From NCBI GenBank assembly GCA_942493095.1, contig OW818675.1, positions 600,001 to 632,000 on the forward strand: DNA of 32,000 bases, written 5' to 3'. A program made the position numbers and the translations under genes. How positions within the stretch are numbered: the first letter of the stretch is position 1; each line of letters starts with the position of its first letter. Below are positions 21,867 to 30,629 of the stretch, piece after piece. The DNA is from Candidatus Electronema halotolerans (lineage in GTDB: Bacteria; Desulfobacterota; Desulfobulbia; Desulfobulbales; Desulfobulbaceae). The notes beneath the pieces were generated by a model that worked only from the letters and a program-made list of their open reading frames with translations, was not told where the DNA came from and ran no database searches.

Positions 21867-21891
21867 TCTTGAAGGAAAGGCAAACAAACCG

Positions 21892-21918
21892 CTTGAGCGC
21901 AGGCTCAAGAGCATTTTT
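21892..21918 (+). terminator. Candidate terminator/attenuator hairpin between leader copy 1 and the start codon
   Basis: CTTGAGC-gcag-GCTCAAG followed by AGCATTTTT, then AAGGAGGAG RBS and ATG at 21940. Confidence 0.5.
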
Positions 21919-21939
21919 CTTCACCACAAGGAGGAGTAC

Positions 21940-23031
21940 ATGTTCCGCAGCAAAACAAGACACAAAAAACTGGCAGTGCTGATAGCCCTCACCGCAGGCT
22001 GCCTGATGCTGGCTTCTGTCACTTGGGCAGGCGGCAGCAATGCCGATTCCGAGTACAGCCGCTGGCAGAATGTCGGGGCGCAGGCCGCGTTCAAAGCGGC
22101 GGCGATGATCCGCAAGCAGTCGCCCGGATTCAAAACTGCTGACAGCATTGCCATGACCAATGCCGGTTATGCAGACATCAACGGCCAGTCAACAATGGCT
22201 GCGCTGGACGGCCTGAGCAGCGTTCTCAAGGTCAGCCGGGGCGCACAGAGCCTGATTGAAATCCACAGCTCGGCCAGTACGCCGCTTTGGTTTGCGGTCT
22301 ATGATAAAGATTCTGGCAACTGCGCCTACTTGCAGGTTGATCCGGCAGCCATGCAGGAAGAAGATGCGCCGCTCTTCAGCAAAGAGGCGGTGGAGCAGGT
22401 CAATGCCGAGCATCTCTTTGCCAATCCGGCTGAATACGGGCAGAAGTTTGATGACAAAGTCTTTGGCGGCAACGAGTTCCGCATTGTCACCATTGCCAAC
22501 GCGCTGACTGCCGGAGTTTCCACCAAGGCGTTGCGGGCCTTTGAGTTCCATGACCACTACTGCCCCGGCGTGACTTCCGGCATTTTGATGGCTAAATACA
22601 TTGAGCAGCATTTCAGCGGCAGCCTGTTCATTCAGAGCATTCAGCCGTGGTGCAAGGAAGATGCGTTGCAAGCCATCCTCAACACCACTCCGGGCAAAAA
22701 AGGTTATGATGTCCTTTATCCGACAGAAACTGATCTTGCCAATTGGCCGAACTGGGCCAAAGCCGCCTCCACCATTGTCTATAACAAAGCACCCGGTTCA
22801 GATATTTGGACCGGCACAGCCTTGGGATTCCAGTTCAGCGAGACCGGCTGCCCAGCCTACGGCCACAGCGTGTTAGACAAACTCTGCGCTGATCTCTGGT
22901 ATTTGGACAAGATGGATCGCCTAGAAGACTTCATCACGGTTGAGCACAACTTCCAGCTGGGCGCAGACAGTGACCCGAAAGAGCTGGCCCGTCCCGGCGT
23001 TGATCCAGTACGCATGATCACCAAATTGTAG
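21940..23031 (+). CDS. Secreted FmdE-like protein (formylmethanofuran dehydrogenase subunit E family)
   Basis: Signal peptide ending SVTWAGG; FEFHDHYCPGVTSGILMAKYIEQHF motif of the FmdE family; strong RBS. Confidence 0.82.
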   Translation: MFRSKTRHKKLAVLIALTAGCLMLASVTWAGGSNADSEYSRWQNVGAQAAFKAAAMIRKQSPGFKTADSIAMTNAGYADINGQSTMAALDGLSSVLKVSRGAQSLIEIHSSASTPLWFAVYDKDSGNCAYLQVDPAAMQEEDAPLFSKEAVEQVNAEHLFANPAEYGQKFDDKVFGGNEFRIVTIANALTAGVSTKALRAFEFHDHYCPGVTSGILMAKYIEQHFSGSLFIQSIQPWCKEDALQAILNTTPGKKGYDVLYPTETDLANWPNWAKAASTIVYNKAPGSDIWTGTALGFQFSETGCPAYGHSVLDKLCADLWYLDKMDRLEDFITVEHNFQLGADSDPKELARPGVDPVRMITKL

Positions 23032-23051
23032 CATCAGCAACGCTCTCTCCT

Positions 23052-23105
23052 GGCGGCAGCCGCAGCTCCTCTCCTCGTTCCTTTCTTTGCGGCTGCCGCC
23101 TTTTT
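23052..23105 (+). terminator. Intrinsic terminator of the secreted FmdE-like gene
   Basis: Perfect 12-bp stem GGCGGCAGCCGC / GCGGCTGCCGCC followed by TTTTT. Confidence 0.85.
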
Positions 23106-23185
23106 CCCCTTCCTGCGCCCGATGACCTGGGCATTTTTCCCAGCAAAATGAGTCTTCCGCCTCATTGAACGGGCACTCGGAAAAA
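23101..23185 (+). ncRNA. Candidate structured leader RNA, copy 2, upstream of the TonB-dependent receptor gene
   Basis: Nested GCCCG/CGGGC closing helix with CTGGG-cattttt-CCCAG and ATGAG-tcttccgc-CTCAT hairpins; additional TTCC/GGAA or TTTTTCC/GGAAAAA outer pairing. Confidence 0.6.
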
Positions 23186-23241
23186 GTTATAAAATTTGAA
23201 CTTTGAGCTGGGTTTTCAGCATTCTTTCCGAGGTGAAGACA

Positions 23242-25455
23242 ATGAAGAAGAAAAAATATCAAAAAACTGTGCTGTTAGGACTTGCTGCCGCTGCTGCGGC
23301 CGGGCAGGGTTATGCGGCGGAAACCCAGATGGCGGAAGTGGTGGTCACTGGCGAGAAGCTGATCACGCCGACCATGCAGGCCAGCGAGACGGTCTATACT
23401 GGCAGCGAGATCACGCCCAAGGGCATTGAGATTCAGGGCGTGAAGGCCAGCACCAGTGTTTATGGCACCTTGGACATGCTGCCGGGCGTGAACGTTGAAA
23501 GCGCGGACAGCAGCGGCCTTGCTGCCGAAACAGGCAGCATCCGGGTGCGCGGCGTGCGCAGCTCAATGGGGGCTATGACCGTGGAAGGAGTGCCCAACTA
23601 CGGCGGCAACCCAATTGGCCCGCGTGATTATCTTTATGACCTTGAGAACATGCGCGGCGTGTCCATGTACAAGGGAGCCGTGCCTGGCGACATCGGCACT
23701 GGGGTCGGCTCACGCGGCGGCGCGATTGAGCTGCGGCCTGCTTGGCCGGACGGCGACCTTGGTCTGCATTTCAAGCAGAGCTTTGGCTCCAACAGCTACA
23801 CCCGCAGCTATTTCCGGGTTGATTCCTGCCCCCTGCCTGAGACCGGCACCAGCGCATCAGCAGCCTTGTCCTACAGCGAGGCGGACAAATGGCGCGGCCC
23901 TGGAACCTTGGGACCGCGAAAGAACGCCAATCTCAGCCTCAATCAGCCCTTGGGCGACAAGGCGGACATCAAGCTCTGGTACAACCACAACGATCTGGAC
24001 CAGCATCTGTACCGCTCCCTGAGCTGGGATGAAATTCAAGACTTGTCAGCCAATTACGACAAGGACTACAATGCCTCCCTGACCGGCATTCCAGCCCAAG
24101 ATATTGATTATTACGACTACAACCGGGGCGAGTATCAGAATGACGACATCCTTGCCGTGATGACCATGCAGGTCACAGATGCCCTGCGCCTGACCGCCAA
24201 GCCCTATCACAGTGAGGAAGACACGCACATCCTCCAAGGCTCCACCACCAGCGGCGGCTCGGTGCAGAAACGAACCCGCGACATCACCCGCTCCGGCATC
24301 ATCGGCGAGGCCCTGCTGGAGCGCGGCGAGGTCAAGGCGACGCTGGGCTATCATTTTGAAGATGGGGAAATGAACATCTTCACCCAGAATTACGCCATGA
24401 CCAAATCCGGTCTTGATTACCGAGGCTATGGCCGGATGTCAGCCAGTGAAGGCAGCAACTATCTCAACAGCCCGTATTTCAAGCTGGCCGGCAGTCACGG
24501 CCCGTGGGACTGGCAGGCAGGTCTGAAGTATTTCCACTATGAGGAATCGTCGAGCCAAGGCTATGTTTCCGGCCCTGGCCCGGCCTATGCCCTCAAGCGC
24601 GCCCCTGATCTGGACCGCAGCGGCGGCGATTTGGACATCTGGCTGCCCACCGCAGGCGGCGCCTGGCACTTCAACGACAAGATGGAGGCTCATGCCAGCT
24701 ACGGCAGAACCTTTATCCGGCCCTATTCCTACATGCCGCTGCACAACATCTACCTTGCCAACCGGGACGCATTTCAGGCCCAAGGCATCAGTCTGCAAGA
24801 CCTGTTTAACGGCTACGACTTTGAGCGGGCCAATATTGTTGATGTTGGTCTCCGCTGGACTGAGGAGCGGTTTGAAATTGCCCCGACCTTTTTCTATGGC
24901 AAGCATGAGGACCTGCTGACCACCATTTATGATCCCCGTGTTGATCTCAACTATCAGCAGAACGTGGGCGAGGCCACCGGCATGGGCCTTGATCTGGAGA
25001 TGAACGCCTTTTTGGACAAGGGCCTGACCCTGTTCTTCAATCCGACCTACACTTCCATGACATACGACAATGACCTGACCTATGCGGGCAAGACCCGGCC
25101 CACCAAGGACAATCAGGTCATTGACACCCCGGAATGGATGCTCAAGACCGGCCTGATCTGGAACTGGCGGGAGTTTGAGGTCGTGCCCATGCTGCGCTAT
25201 ATCGGCGAACGCTATGTCGATGCGGAGAACATCAATGAGGTGGATTCAGCCATTGTCGCTGACCTGCGGATGAGCTACACGCTGCCGCAGCTACTCCAGA
25301 GCAAGGAGGCCAAGCTCTCCTTGGAGCTGAACAACCTGTTTGACAAAGAATACATCTCCAGCATCAATGGCTCGGACGACAGTCGGAACGGGCAGGCCAG
25401 CTTTTATCAGGGCGCGCCTTTTGCGGCCATGCTGACTTTTTCTTTGCGCTACTGA
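23242..25455 (+). CDS. TonB-dependent outer-membrane receptor
   Basis: Signal peptide MKKKKYQKTVLLGLAAAAAAGQGYAA; plug domain MAEVVVTGEKL...SVYGTLDMLPGVNV...GSIRVRGVRSSMGAMTVEG; barrel ending AMLTFSLRY. Confidence 0.93.
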   Translation: MKKKKYQKTVLLGLAAAAAAGQGYAAETQMAEVVVTGEKLITPTMQASETVYTGSEITPKGIEIQGVKASTSVYGTLDMLPGVNVESADSSGLAAETGSIRVRGVRSSMGAMTVEGVPNYGGNPIGPRDYLYDLENMRGVSMYKGAVPGDIGTGVGSRGGAIELRPAWPDGDLGLHFKQSFGSNSYTRSYFRVDSCPLPETGTSASAALSYSEADKWRGPGTLGPRKNANLSLNQPLGDKADIKLWYNHNDLDQHLYRSLSWDEIQDLSANYDKDYNASLTGIPAQDIDYYDYNRGEYQNDDILAVMTMQVTDALRLTAKPYHSEEDTHILQGSTTSGGSVQKRTRDITRSGIIGEALLERGEVKATLGYHFEDGEMNIFTQNYAMTKSGLDYRGYGRMSASEGSNYLNSPYFKLAGSHGPWDWQAGLKYFHYEESSSQGYVSGPGPAYALKRAPDLDRSGGDLDIWLPTAGGAWHFNDKMEAHASYGRTFIRPYSYMPLHNIYLANRDAFQAQGISLQDLFNGYDFERANIVDVGLRWTEERFEIAPTFFYGKHEDLLTTIYDPRVDLNYQQNVGEATGMGLDLEMNAFLDKGLTLFFNPTYTSMTYDNDLTYAGKTRPTKDNQVIDTPEWMLKTGLIWNWREFEVVPMLRYIGERYVDAENINEVDSAIVADLRMSYTLPQLLQSKEAKLSLELNNLFDKEYISSINGSDDSRNGQASFYQGAPFAAMLTFSLRY

Positions 25456-25528
25456 GCCGCGCCGGATGCTCGCGGCTTTGGCGGGCAAATTTTTGCATTG
25501 CAACTTTCATCAGCACAGGAGAATTTTT

Positions 25529-26062
25529 ATGAGCACAGAGAATGACTGGGACCAGTGCGTCGCCTTTCATGGCCATGAATGCCCCGGATTAGCGATTGGC
25601 TATCGGGTGGCCAAGGCGGCGCAGAAACGATTGGGCGTGAGCTTCTCGCCTGACGAGGAAGTGGTCTGCATTACGGAAAATGATGCCTGCGGTTTAGATG
25701 CCGTGCAGTTTCTCACTGGCTGCACCTTGGGCAAGGGCAACCTGATTTACCGCGACCGGGGCAAGCAGGCTTTCAGCTTTTTCGTCCGCCCCCAGAACAA
25801 AAAGCTGCGGGTGGTGCTGTCGCTAAAGTTTGACCGGGACAAGATGGACCGGGAAGCTCTGAAAAAACAAATACTCACCATGCCGGATGAGGACTTGTTC
25901 GCCTTCAGCGAGCCGAACTACGACCTGCCGAGCCGGGCGCGGATTTTCAAAAGCGTGACCTGCGAACAGTGCGGCGAGACCTGCTCCGAGCGCAACGTCC
26001 GTTTGCACGAAGGCAGGCAGTTCTGCATGGATTGCGCCCCGGATTATTCGCGGGGCTGGTAA
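25529..26062 (+). CDS. FmdE family protein with C-terminal zinc ribbon
   Basis: CVAFHGHECPGLAIGYRVAKAA; ENDACGLDAVQFLTGCTLGKGNL; CEQCGETCSERNVRLHEGRQFCMDC; start re-assigned to 25529 with upstream GGAG. Confidence 0.92.
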   Translation: MSTENDWDQCVAFHGHECPGLAIGYRVAKAAQKRLGVSFSPDEEVVCITENDACGLDAVQFLTGCTLGKGNLIYRDRGKQAFSFFVRPQNKKLRVVLSLKFDRDKMDREALKKQILTMPDEDLFAFSEPNYDLPSRARIFKSVTCEQCGETCSERNVRLHEGRQFCMDCAPDYSRGW

Positions 26063-26140
26063 GCTTGCAGGGCAGTTTTCAGCAGGGCAGGTCTTGATTG
26101 ACCTGCCTTTGTTTTTTGTTTTTCGCCAGACTAACTTATC

Positions 26141-27706
26141 ATGAACCATCGCTTCTGCCAGATTATCTTTTTCCTCGCCGCAGTCTTCTGCCTCTTCTTT
26201 GCCGGCGCGGCAGCCGCAGCCCCTACAGAAATCCGCATTGCTGATTCCAACGGCGACTGGGGCTATCCCAATCCGTACCGCCACTATCCACGCGGGCCAG
26301 GCTACATCCGCATGAGCATGGTCTTTGACACCCTGATCTGGAAGGACGAAAAGGGCGCGATTCCGGCCTTGGCCCTGTCGTGGGACTATCAGCCGGAAAG
26401 CCAGAGCTGGGTCTTCAAACTGCGGGACGGCGTGAAATGGCATGACGGCCAGCCCTTCACGGCGCAGGATGTGGTCTTCACGGTGAAGTACATGCAGGAG
26501 CACCCCTACAGTTGGATACGGCTGAACAAGATTGCCAGCTGCGAGGCCAGCGGCCCGCTCCAAGTGACGATCAAGCTCAAGGAGCCATACGCGCCTTTCC
26601 TCTCTTTCATGGAGACCATGCCCATCCTGCCGGAGCATGTCTGGAACAAGATTGATGAGCCGAAAAAGTATGAAGGCATGGACAGCTTCATCGGCACTGG
26701 CCCGTACAAGTTCATCAACTTTGACAAGGTCAAAGGCAGCTATCTCTTTGAAGCCTTTCCTGACTATTACTTGGGCCGCCCCAAGATCGACCGCCTGATC
26801 TACATCCGGGCCGATGACCCGATTTTCGCCCTGCTGACCGGCAAGGCTGATTTGGTTGGTATTGAGCCGAACATGGCTGCCATGCTCAAAGGCAAAGGCA
26901 TGACCGTGATTGAGGACAAGCGGAGCTGGAACCGGAAGCTGATGATCAACCACCACAAGGAGCCATTCAGCAATAAGAAGTTCCGCCATGCGCTGGCATA
27001 CTCCATCAACCGACAGGAGTTGATCGACAAGGGGCATCAGGGCTTTGGCACCGTGGCTTCCTGCGGCCTGCTCTCGCCGGATCACGAGTTCTACAACCCG
27101 CAGACTCCAACGTATGAATACAGCCCGGCAAAGGCGGGTCAGCTACTGACTGAGCTGGGCTACAGCAAGGGCGCGGACGGCTTTTTCAGCAAAGACGGCA
27201 AACTGTTGACTGTTCACCTGCTCGCCTCGGCTATGGGCAGCACCGACCGGGACGGCGAGATCATCCGCCAGCAATTGGAAAAGGCGGGAATCAAGGTTGA
27301 TTTGCAGAACATGGAGAAGACTGCGGCGGACAGCAAGATCATGAACTGGGATTTTGATCTGGCGGTTTCCGGGCACGGCGGCCTGCTTGGCGATGCCGTG
27401 CTGCTCAACCGTCTGCTTGGCGATGATCAGTCTGCTGGTTCCATCAACTCGGCCCGCTATCAGGTCAGCGAGGAGCTGGGCAAGCTGTTTAAAGCGCAGG
27501 TGCGGGAGATGGACAAGGAAAAACGGCGGCAGTTAGTCTGGAAAATTCAGGAAATCGCTGCGGATGAGCTGCCTGCCCTGCCGCTCTACTATCCAAAGGC
27601 CATGTCTGCCTATAATCCGGCCAAGGGCGTGCAGTGGCAGTACACGCCCGGCGGCGTGGGCAACGGGGTGCCAACCCCTCAGAATAAAATTTTCTTAGTC
27701 CGTTGA
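26141..27706 (+). CDS. Peptide/nickel-type ABC transporter substrate-binding protein
   Basis: Signal peptide; FDTLIWKDEKGAIPALALSWDY, WVFKLRDGVKWHDGQPFTAQDVVFT, IGTGPYKF; SBP family 5. Confidence 0.93.
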   Translation: MNHRFCQIIFFLAAVFCLFFAGAAAAAPTEIRIADSNGDWGYPNPYRHYPRGPGYIRMSMVFDTLIWKDEKGAIPALALSWDYQPESQSWVFKLRDGVKWHDGQPFTAQDVVFTVKYMQEHPYSWIRLNKIASCEASGPLQVTIKLKEPYAPFLSFMETMPILPEHVWNKIDEPKKYEGMDSFIGTGPYKFINFDKVKGSYLFEAFPDYYLGRPKIDRLIYIRADDPIFALLTGKADLVGIEPNMAAMLKGKGMTVIEDKRSWNRKLMINHHKEPFSNKKFRHALAYSINRQELIDKGHQGFGTVASCGLLSPDHEFYNPQTPTYEYSPAKAGQLLTELGYSKGADGFFSKDGKLLTVHLLASAMGSTDRDGEIIRQQLEKAGIKVDLQNMEKTAADSKIMNWDFDLAVSGHGGLLGDAVLLNRLLGDDQSAGSINSARYQVSEELGKLFKAQVREMDKEKRRQLVWKIQEIAADELPALPLYYPKAMSAYNPAKGVQWQYTPGGVGNGVPTPQNKIFLVR

Positions 27707-28695
27707 TGCAGTTACGCTCTTCCGGGCGGCGCAGGAGCAGGCGGACAGACCTGCTGCTCACCTGCGCCCTCTCAGCCCTGCTGATGATCTGGATGAGCCA
27801 TGCTCTGCCCCGGCTGCTGCCCGGCGACTTTGTCACGGCCATGTATGCCAGCTCCGAGGATGTCATCCTCAGTGCCGAGCAGGAAGCGGAGCTGCGGGCC
27901 TATTACAGCCGCGAGGCGGGCTTTGGCCAGTATCTGCTCCGGCTGGCCAAGTTGGACTGGGGCTATTCCTATGCCTTCATGGCCCCGGTCTCAGAGCTGT
28001 TTTTCAAAGCACTGCCGTGGACGCTGCTGCTCCTGCTCTCGGCCAATCTGATCGCCGCTGTGATTGGCTTTATTGCCGGAGTGGAGGCCGCCTCACGTCG
28101 CAACAGCGGCTTGGAGCGCGGTTTGGTCAGTCTCAGTACGATTATGGAGGGCATCCCGGAAATTTGCACCGGAGTGCTCCTCTTAGCCGTTTTCTCGCTC
28201 TGGCTGGGCTGGTTTCCCTCGTCCGGGGCCGAAACCGCTTATGCCGAGCTGTCCTTCAGCGGCTGGCTTTTAGATGTGCTCCATCATCTCACCCTGCCGC
28301 TGCTCTCCTTGGTGCTGGCTTACCTGCCCGGCAACTTCCTCCTCACCCGCACCAGCATGGTGATGGTCATCCGCCAGCCCTACATCCGCACCGCACAGGC
28401 CAAGGGCTTGTCAGCCGCCCGCATTCGTTACGCCCATGCCGCCCGCAATTGCCTGCTGCCCTTGGTGACGCGCTTCGGAATGCGCTTGGCCTTCATGGTC
28501 ACTGGCGCGCTGGTGGTGGAGCGCATTCATTCCTATCCCGGCGTGGGCACGCTGCTTTTCAATGCCATCCGCCTGCGCGACCTGCCCGTGATTCAGACTG
28601 TGGTGCTGATCTCCTCGCTCATGGTGCTGGCCGCCATGACCAGCTTGGAGTTTGTCTATGGCTGGCTTGATCCACGGGTGAAAGAGGGACGGTGA
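27703..28695 (+). CDS. Peptide/nickel-type ABC transporter permease (DppB/NikB-like)
   Basis: GDFVTAM, RTSMVMVIRQPYIRTAQAKGLSAARIRYAHAARNCLLPLVTRFG EAA-like loop; overlaps SBP stop. Confidence 0.92.
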   Translation: MMQLRSSGRRRSRRTDLLLTCALSALLMIWMSHALPRLLPGDFVTAMYASSEDVILSAEQEAELRAYYSREAGFGQYLLRLAKLDWGYSYAFMAPVSELFFKALPWTLLLLLSANLIAAVIGFIAGVEAASRRNSGLERGLVSLSTIMEGIPEICTGVLLLAVFSLWLGWFPSSGAETAYAELSFSGWLLDVLHHLTLPLLSLVLAYLPGNFLLTRTSMVMVIRQPYIRTAQAKGLSAARIRYAHAARNCLLPLVTRFGMRLAFMVTGALVVERIHSYPGVGTLLFNAIRLRDLPVIQTVVLISSLMVLAAMTSLEFVYGWLDPRVKEGR

Positions 28696-28730
28696 GTGGA
28701 GGTGATTTGAGAATGCGTTGTCCTGCTTGG

Positions 28731-29024
28731 CTATAGCTGGCCTATCTTCTGCATATACTTCATGTAGATCATTGAAATGATAGTTGCCCCGCCTCTTATC
28801 TCATCAGGGAGCGTTGGATAGTCAGTGCTGAATTCTTTAATGACCTGATGAGTATGTTGCTCAATTTCTTTGTAAGGTATTTTTGTCTTCTTTTCGATCT
28901 GAGCAATAATAATATCAAGCCCTTCTTCAAAGCATTCTTTGCTTATGGAGTCGAATTTACTCCAATGTTTTACAACGGCTTTGATAACCTGCTCACTATG
29001 TTTAATGAGCTTCCTTTTTCGCAT
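28731..29024 (-). CDS. Hypothetical protein, 97 aa
   Basis: MRKRKLIKHSEQVIKAVVKHW...; ATG at 29024 preceded by AAAGGAGACAG RBS. The 29132 start lies inside the IS and is rejected. Confidence 0.65.
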   Translation of the reverse strand: MRKRKLIKHSEQVIKAVVKHWSKFDSISKECFEEGLDIIIAQIEKKTKIPYKEIEQHTHQVIKEFSTDYPTLPDEIRGGATIISMIYMKYMQKIGQL

Positions 29025-29054
29025 TGCTCTGTCTCCTTTGGTTCCAGTCTTCAA

Positions 29055-30359
29055 GGGAACCTCGAAAAATTTGAGATAAAGTTTTTTCAGCTTATCAATA
29101 GTGTCTTTGACAGTTGAAAATTTCAAATACATAAATTGTTATTTCCTGTTTTTTATTTATTTTGAGCAAACTTCCGTTGAAATATGTTCCTGAATGCGTT
29201 TCTTTTTTTTAAATCTTAAATTTTATTAAGAGTTCCGTACCTGTCAATATTGAACGTCAAGTTTCTCAAGCCTATTTTCGCAGCAGCGCGAATGAAACCT
29301 GTTCCTCGGAGAATCATATTGCCAGCACGTTGCGCCTGGATGCCGAAGACGTGTTCAATCCGGGAGCGAATTTTTGATCTTGTCCGATTTCCCTGCTTCT
29401 CCCATTCGGTCAGTTTCCGGCTTCGTGTTCCTTTGCGGTTCAGATGCTCTCTGTATCCATTCTCGTTCAACCAGTTGAGCTTTTTTTCGGATCTGTATGC
29501 CGAATCCGCATAGATATCCCGACTGGTGTTGTCAGGGTCAAGCAGCTCCTCAAAAATATTGCTGTCATGAACCTCGGCGCTGGTCACCGCATATTTTCGG
29601 ATGAATTTATGCTTCACATCAACAGATATATGATTTTTATAACCAAAAAAGCTTCTGCCGTTCTTTTTGGTCCAACGGGCATCAGTATCCTTCTGCGCCT
29701 GCTTATTCTCACTCCATCCTTCAGGCTGTTCACCATTCTTGATCTGCTTGTTTTCCTTGCGGCTGTTACGCTGGATCGGGGCGTTGACTATGGAAGCGTC
29801 GACTATCTGCCCTTTTCTGGCTTGATATCCATTTTCATCAAGAAATTCGTCAAAAACAGAAAACAGTTCCTCGATTTTTCCTGCTTTGGTCAAAGTTTCA
29901 CGAAAAAGCCATATCGTTGTCGCATCTGGAACTTTGTCAGCCGCCCGAAGTCCAAGGAATCTGGAAAACGAATATCTGTCAAGAATTTGATATTCCATCC
30001 CTTTATCAGAAAGATTGTATAATGATTGCAAAATTAAAATTTTGAACATCATGACTGAATCATAACCTTTAGCTCCAGCATTTGATTTCACAGGCTTTCT
30101 TTTTGCTTCTTCAAGAATTGGCCGAAATATTTCCCAGTCAATAGCCTTGTTGATCTTAACTAAAGGATCACCTGCTTTGTCAATTCGGGAAAGACGAATA
30201 TAAAAATCAAAAAATCCAAGTTGGTTCATCTGTGCATCTCCGGCAGCATGAGTTGAATTGATGCCGAAATTATAACATAATAGACTGAAATTTCAATATT
30301 AAAATAAAAAATAACAAAACAAATGCAGCAGAATGGATGTTGTATTTTTCGAGGAACCC
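29055..30359 (-). mobile_element. IS5-like insertion sequence, about 1305 bp
   Basis: Ends GGGAACCTCGAAAAA (left) and TTTTTCGAGGAACCC (right); TCAA flanks on both sides (29051-29054, 30360-30363) as a 4-bp TSD; intact transposase inside. Confidence 0.88.
29216..30229 (-). CDS. IS5 family transposase (DDE)
   Basis: 337 aa; FRETLTKAG, IVDASIVNAPI, DARWTKKNGRSFFGYKNHISVDVKHKFI, YADSAYRS, RSRIEHVFGIQ. Confidence 0.95.
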   Translation of the reverse strand: MNQLGFFDFYIRLSRIDKAGDPLVKINKAIDWEIFRPILEEAKRKPVKSNAGAKGYDSVMMFKILILQSLYNLSDKGMEYQILDRYSFSRFLGLRAADKVPDATTIWLFRETLTKAGKIEELFSVFDEFLDENGYQARKGQIVDASIVNAPIQRNSRKENKQIKNGEQPEGWSENKQAQKDTDARWTKKNGRSFFGYKNHISVDVKHKFIRKYAVTSAEVHDSNIFEELLDPDNTSRDIYADSAYRSEKKLNWLNENGYREHLNRKGTRSRKLTEWEKQGNRTRSKIRSRIEHVFGIQAQRAGNMILRGTGFIRAAAKIGLRNLTFNIDRYGTLNKI

Positions 30360-30629
30360 TCAAGAGAGATGCCGTAGTTGCGTAGGTCTGCTTGCGGGTA
30401 AATTTAAGCAATGAGCAGTCCGCTTTCGTTGCGCTCAAGCAGACTTACCTCTGCAAAACGTTCTGTCAGCCCACTTTACGCAGCACATCTCCCTCTGTCA
30501 ACTGAAAAACTGCCGCAAAGCAGCTCGTCGTCTCCCGTCCTCCCCGCTGCTTCCTGAAAAACATCGAGCGACGCTTTTTTTCGCCATTCGTCATGCGGCG
30601 GCAAGATCATTAAAGAATTCAAAGTTGCG

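Noticed and set aside
21779-23185. Assignment of the duplicated leader element to the Moco, c-di-GMP, TPP or cobalamin riboswitch classes
   Set aside because: Hallmark blocks of these classes are absent in my reading; Moco-II cannot be excluded without a covariance-model search, so the class is left open.
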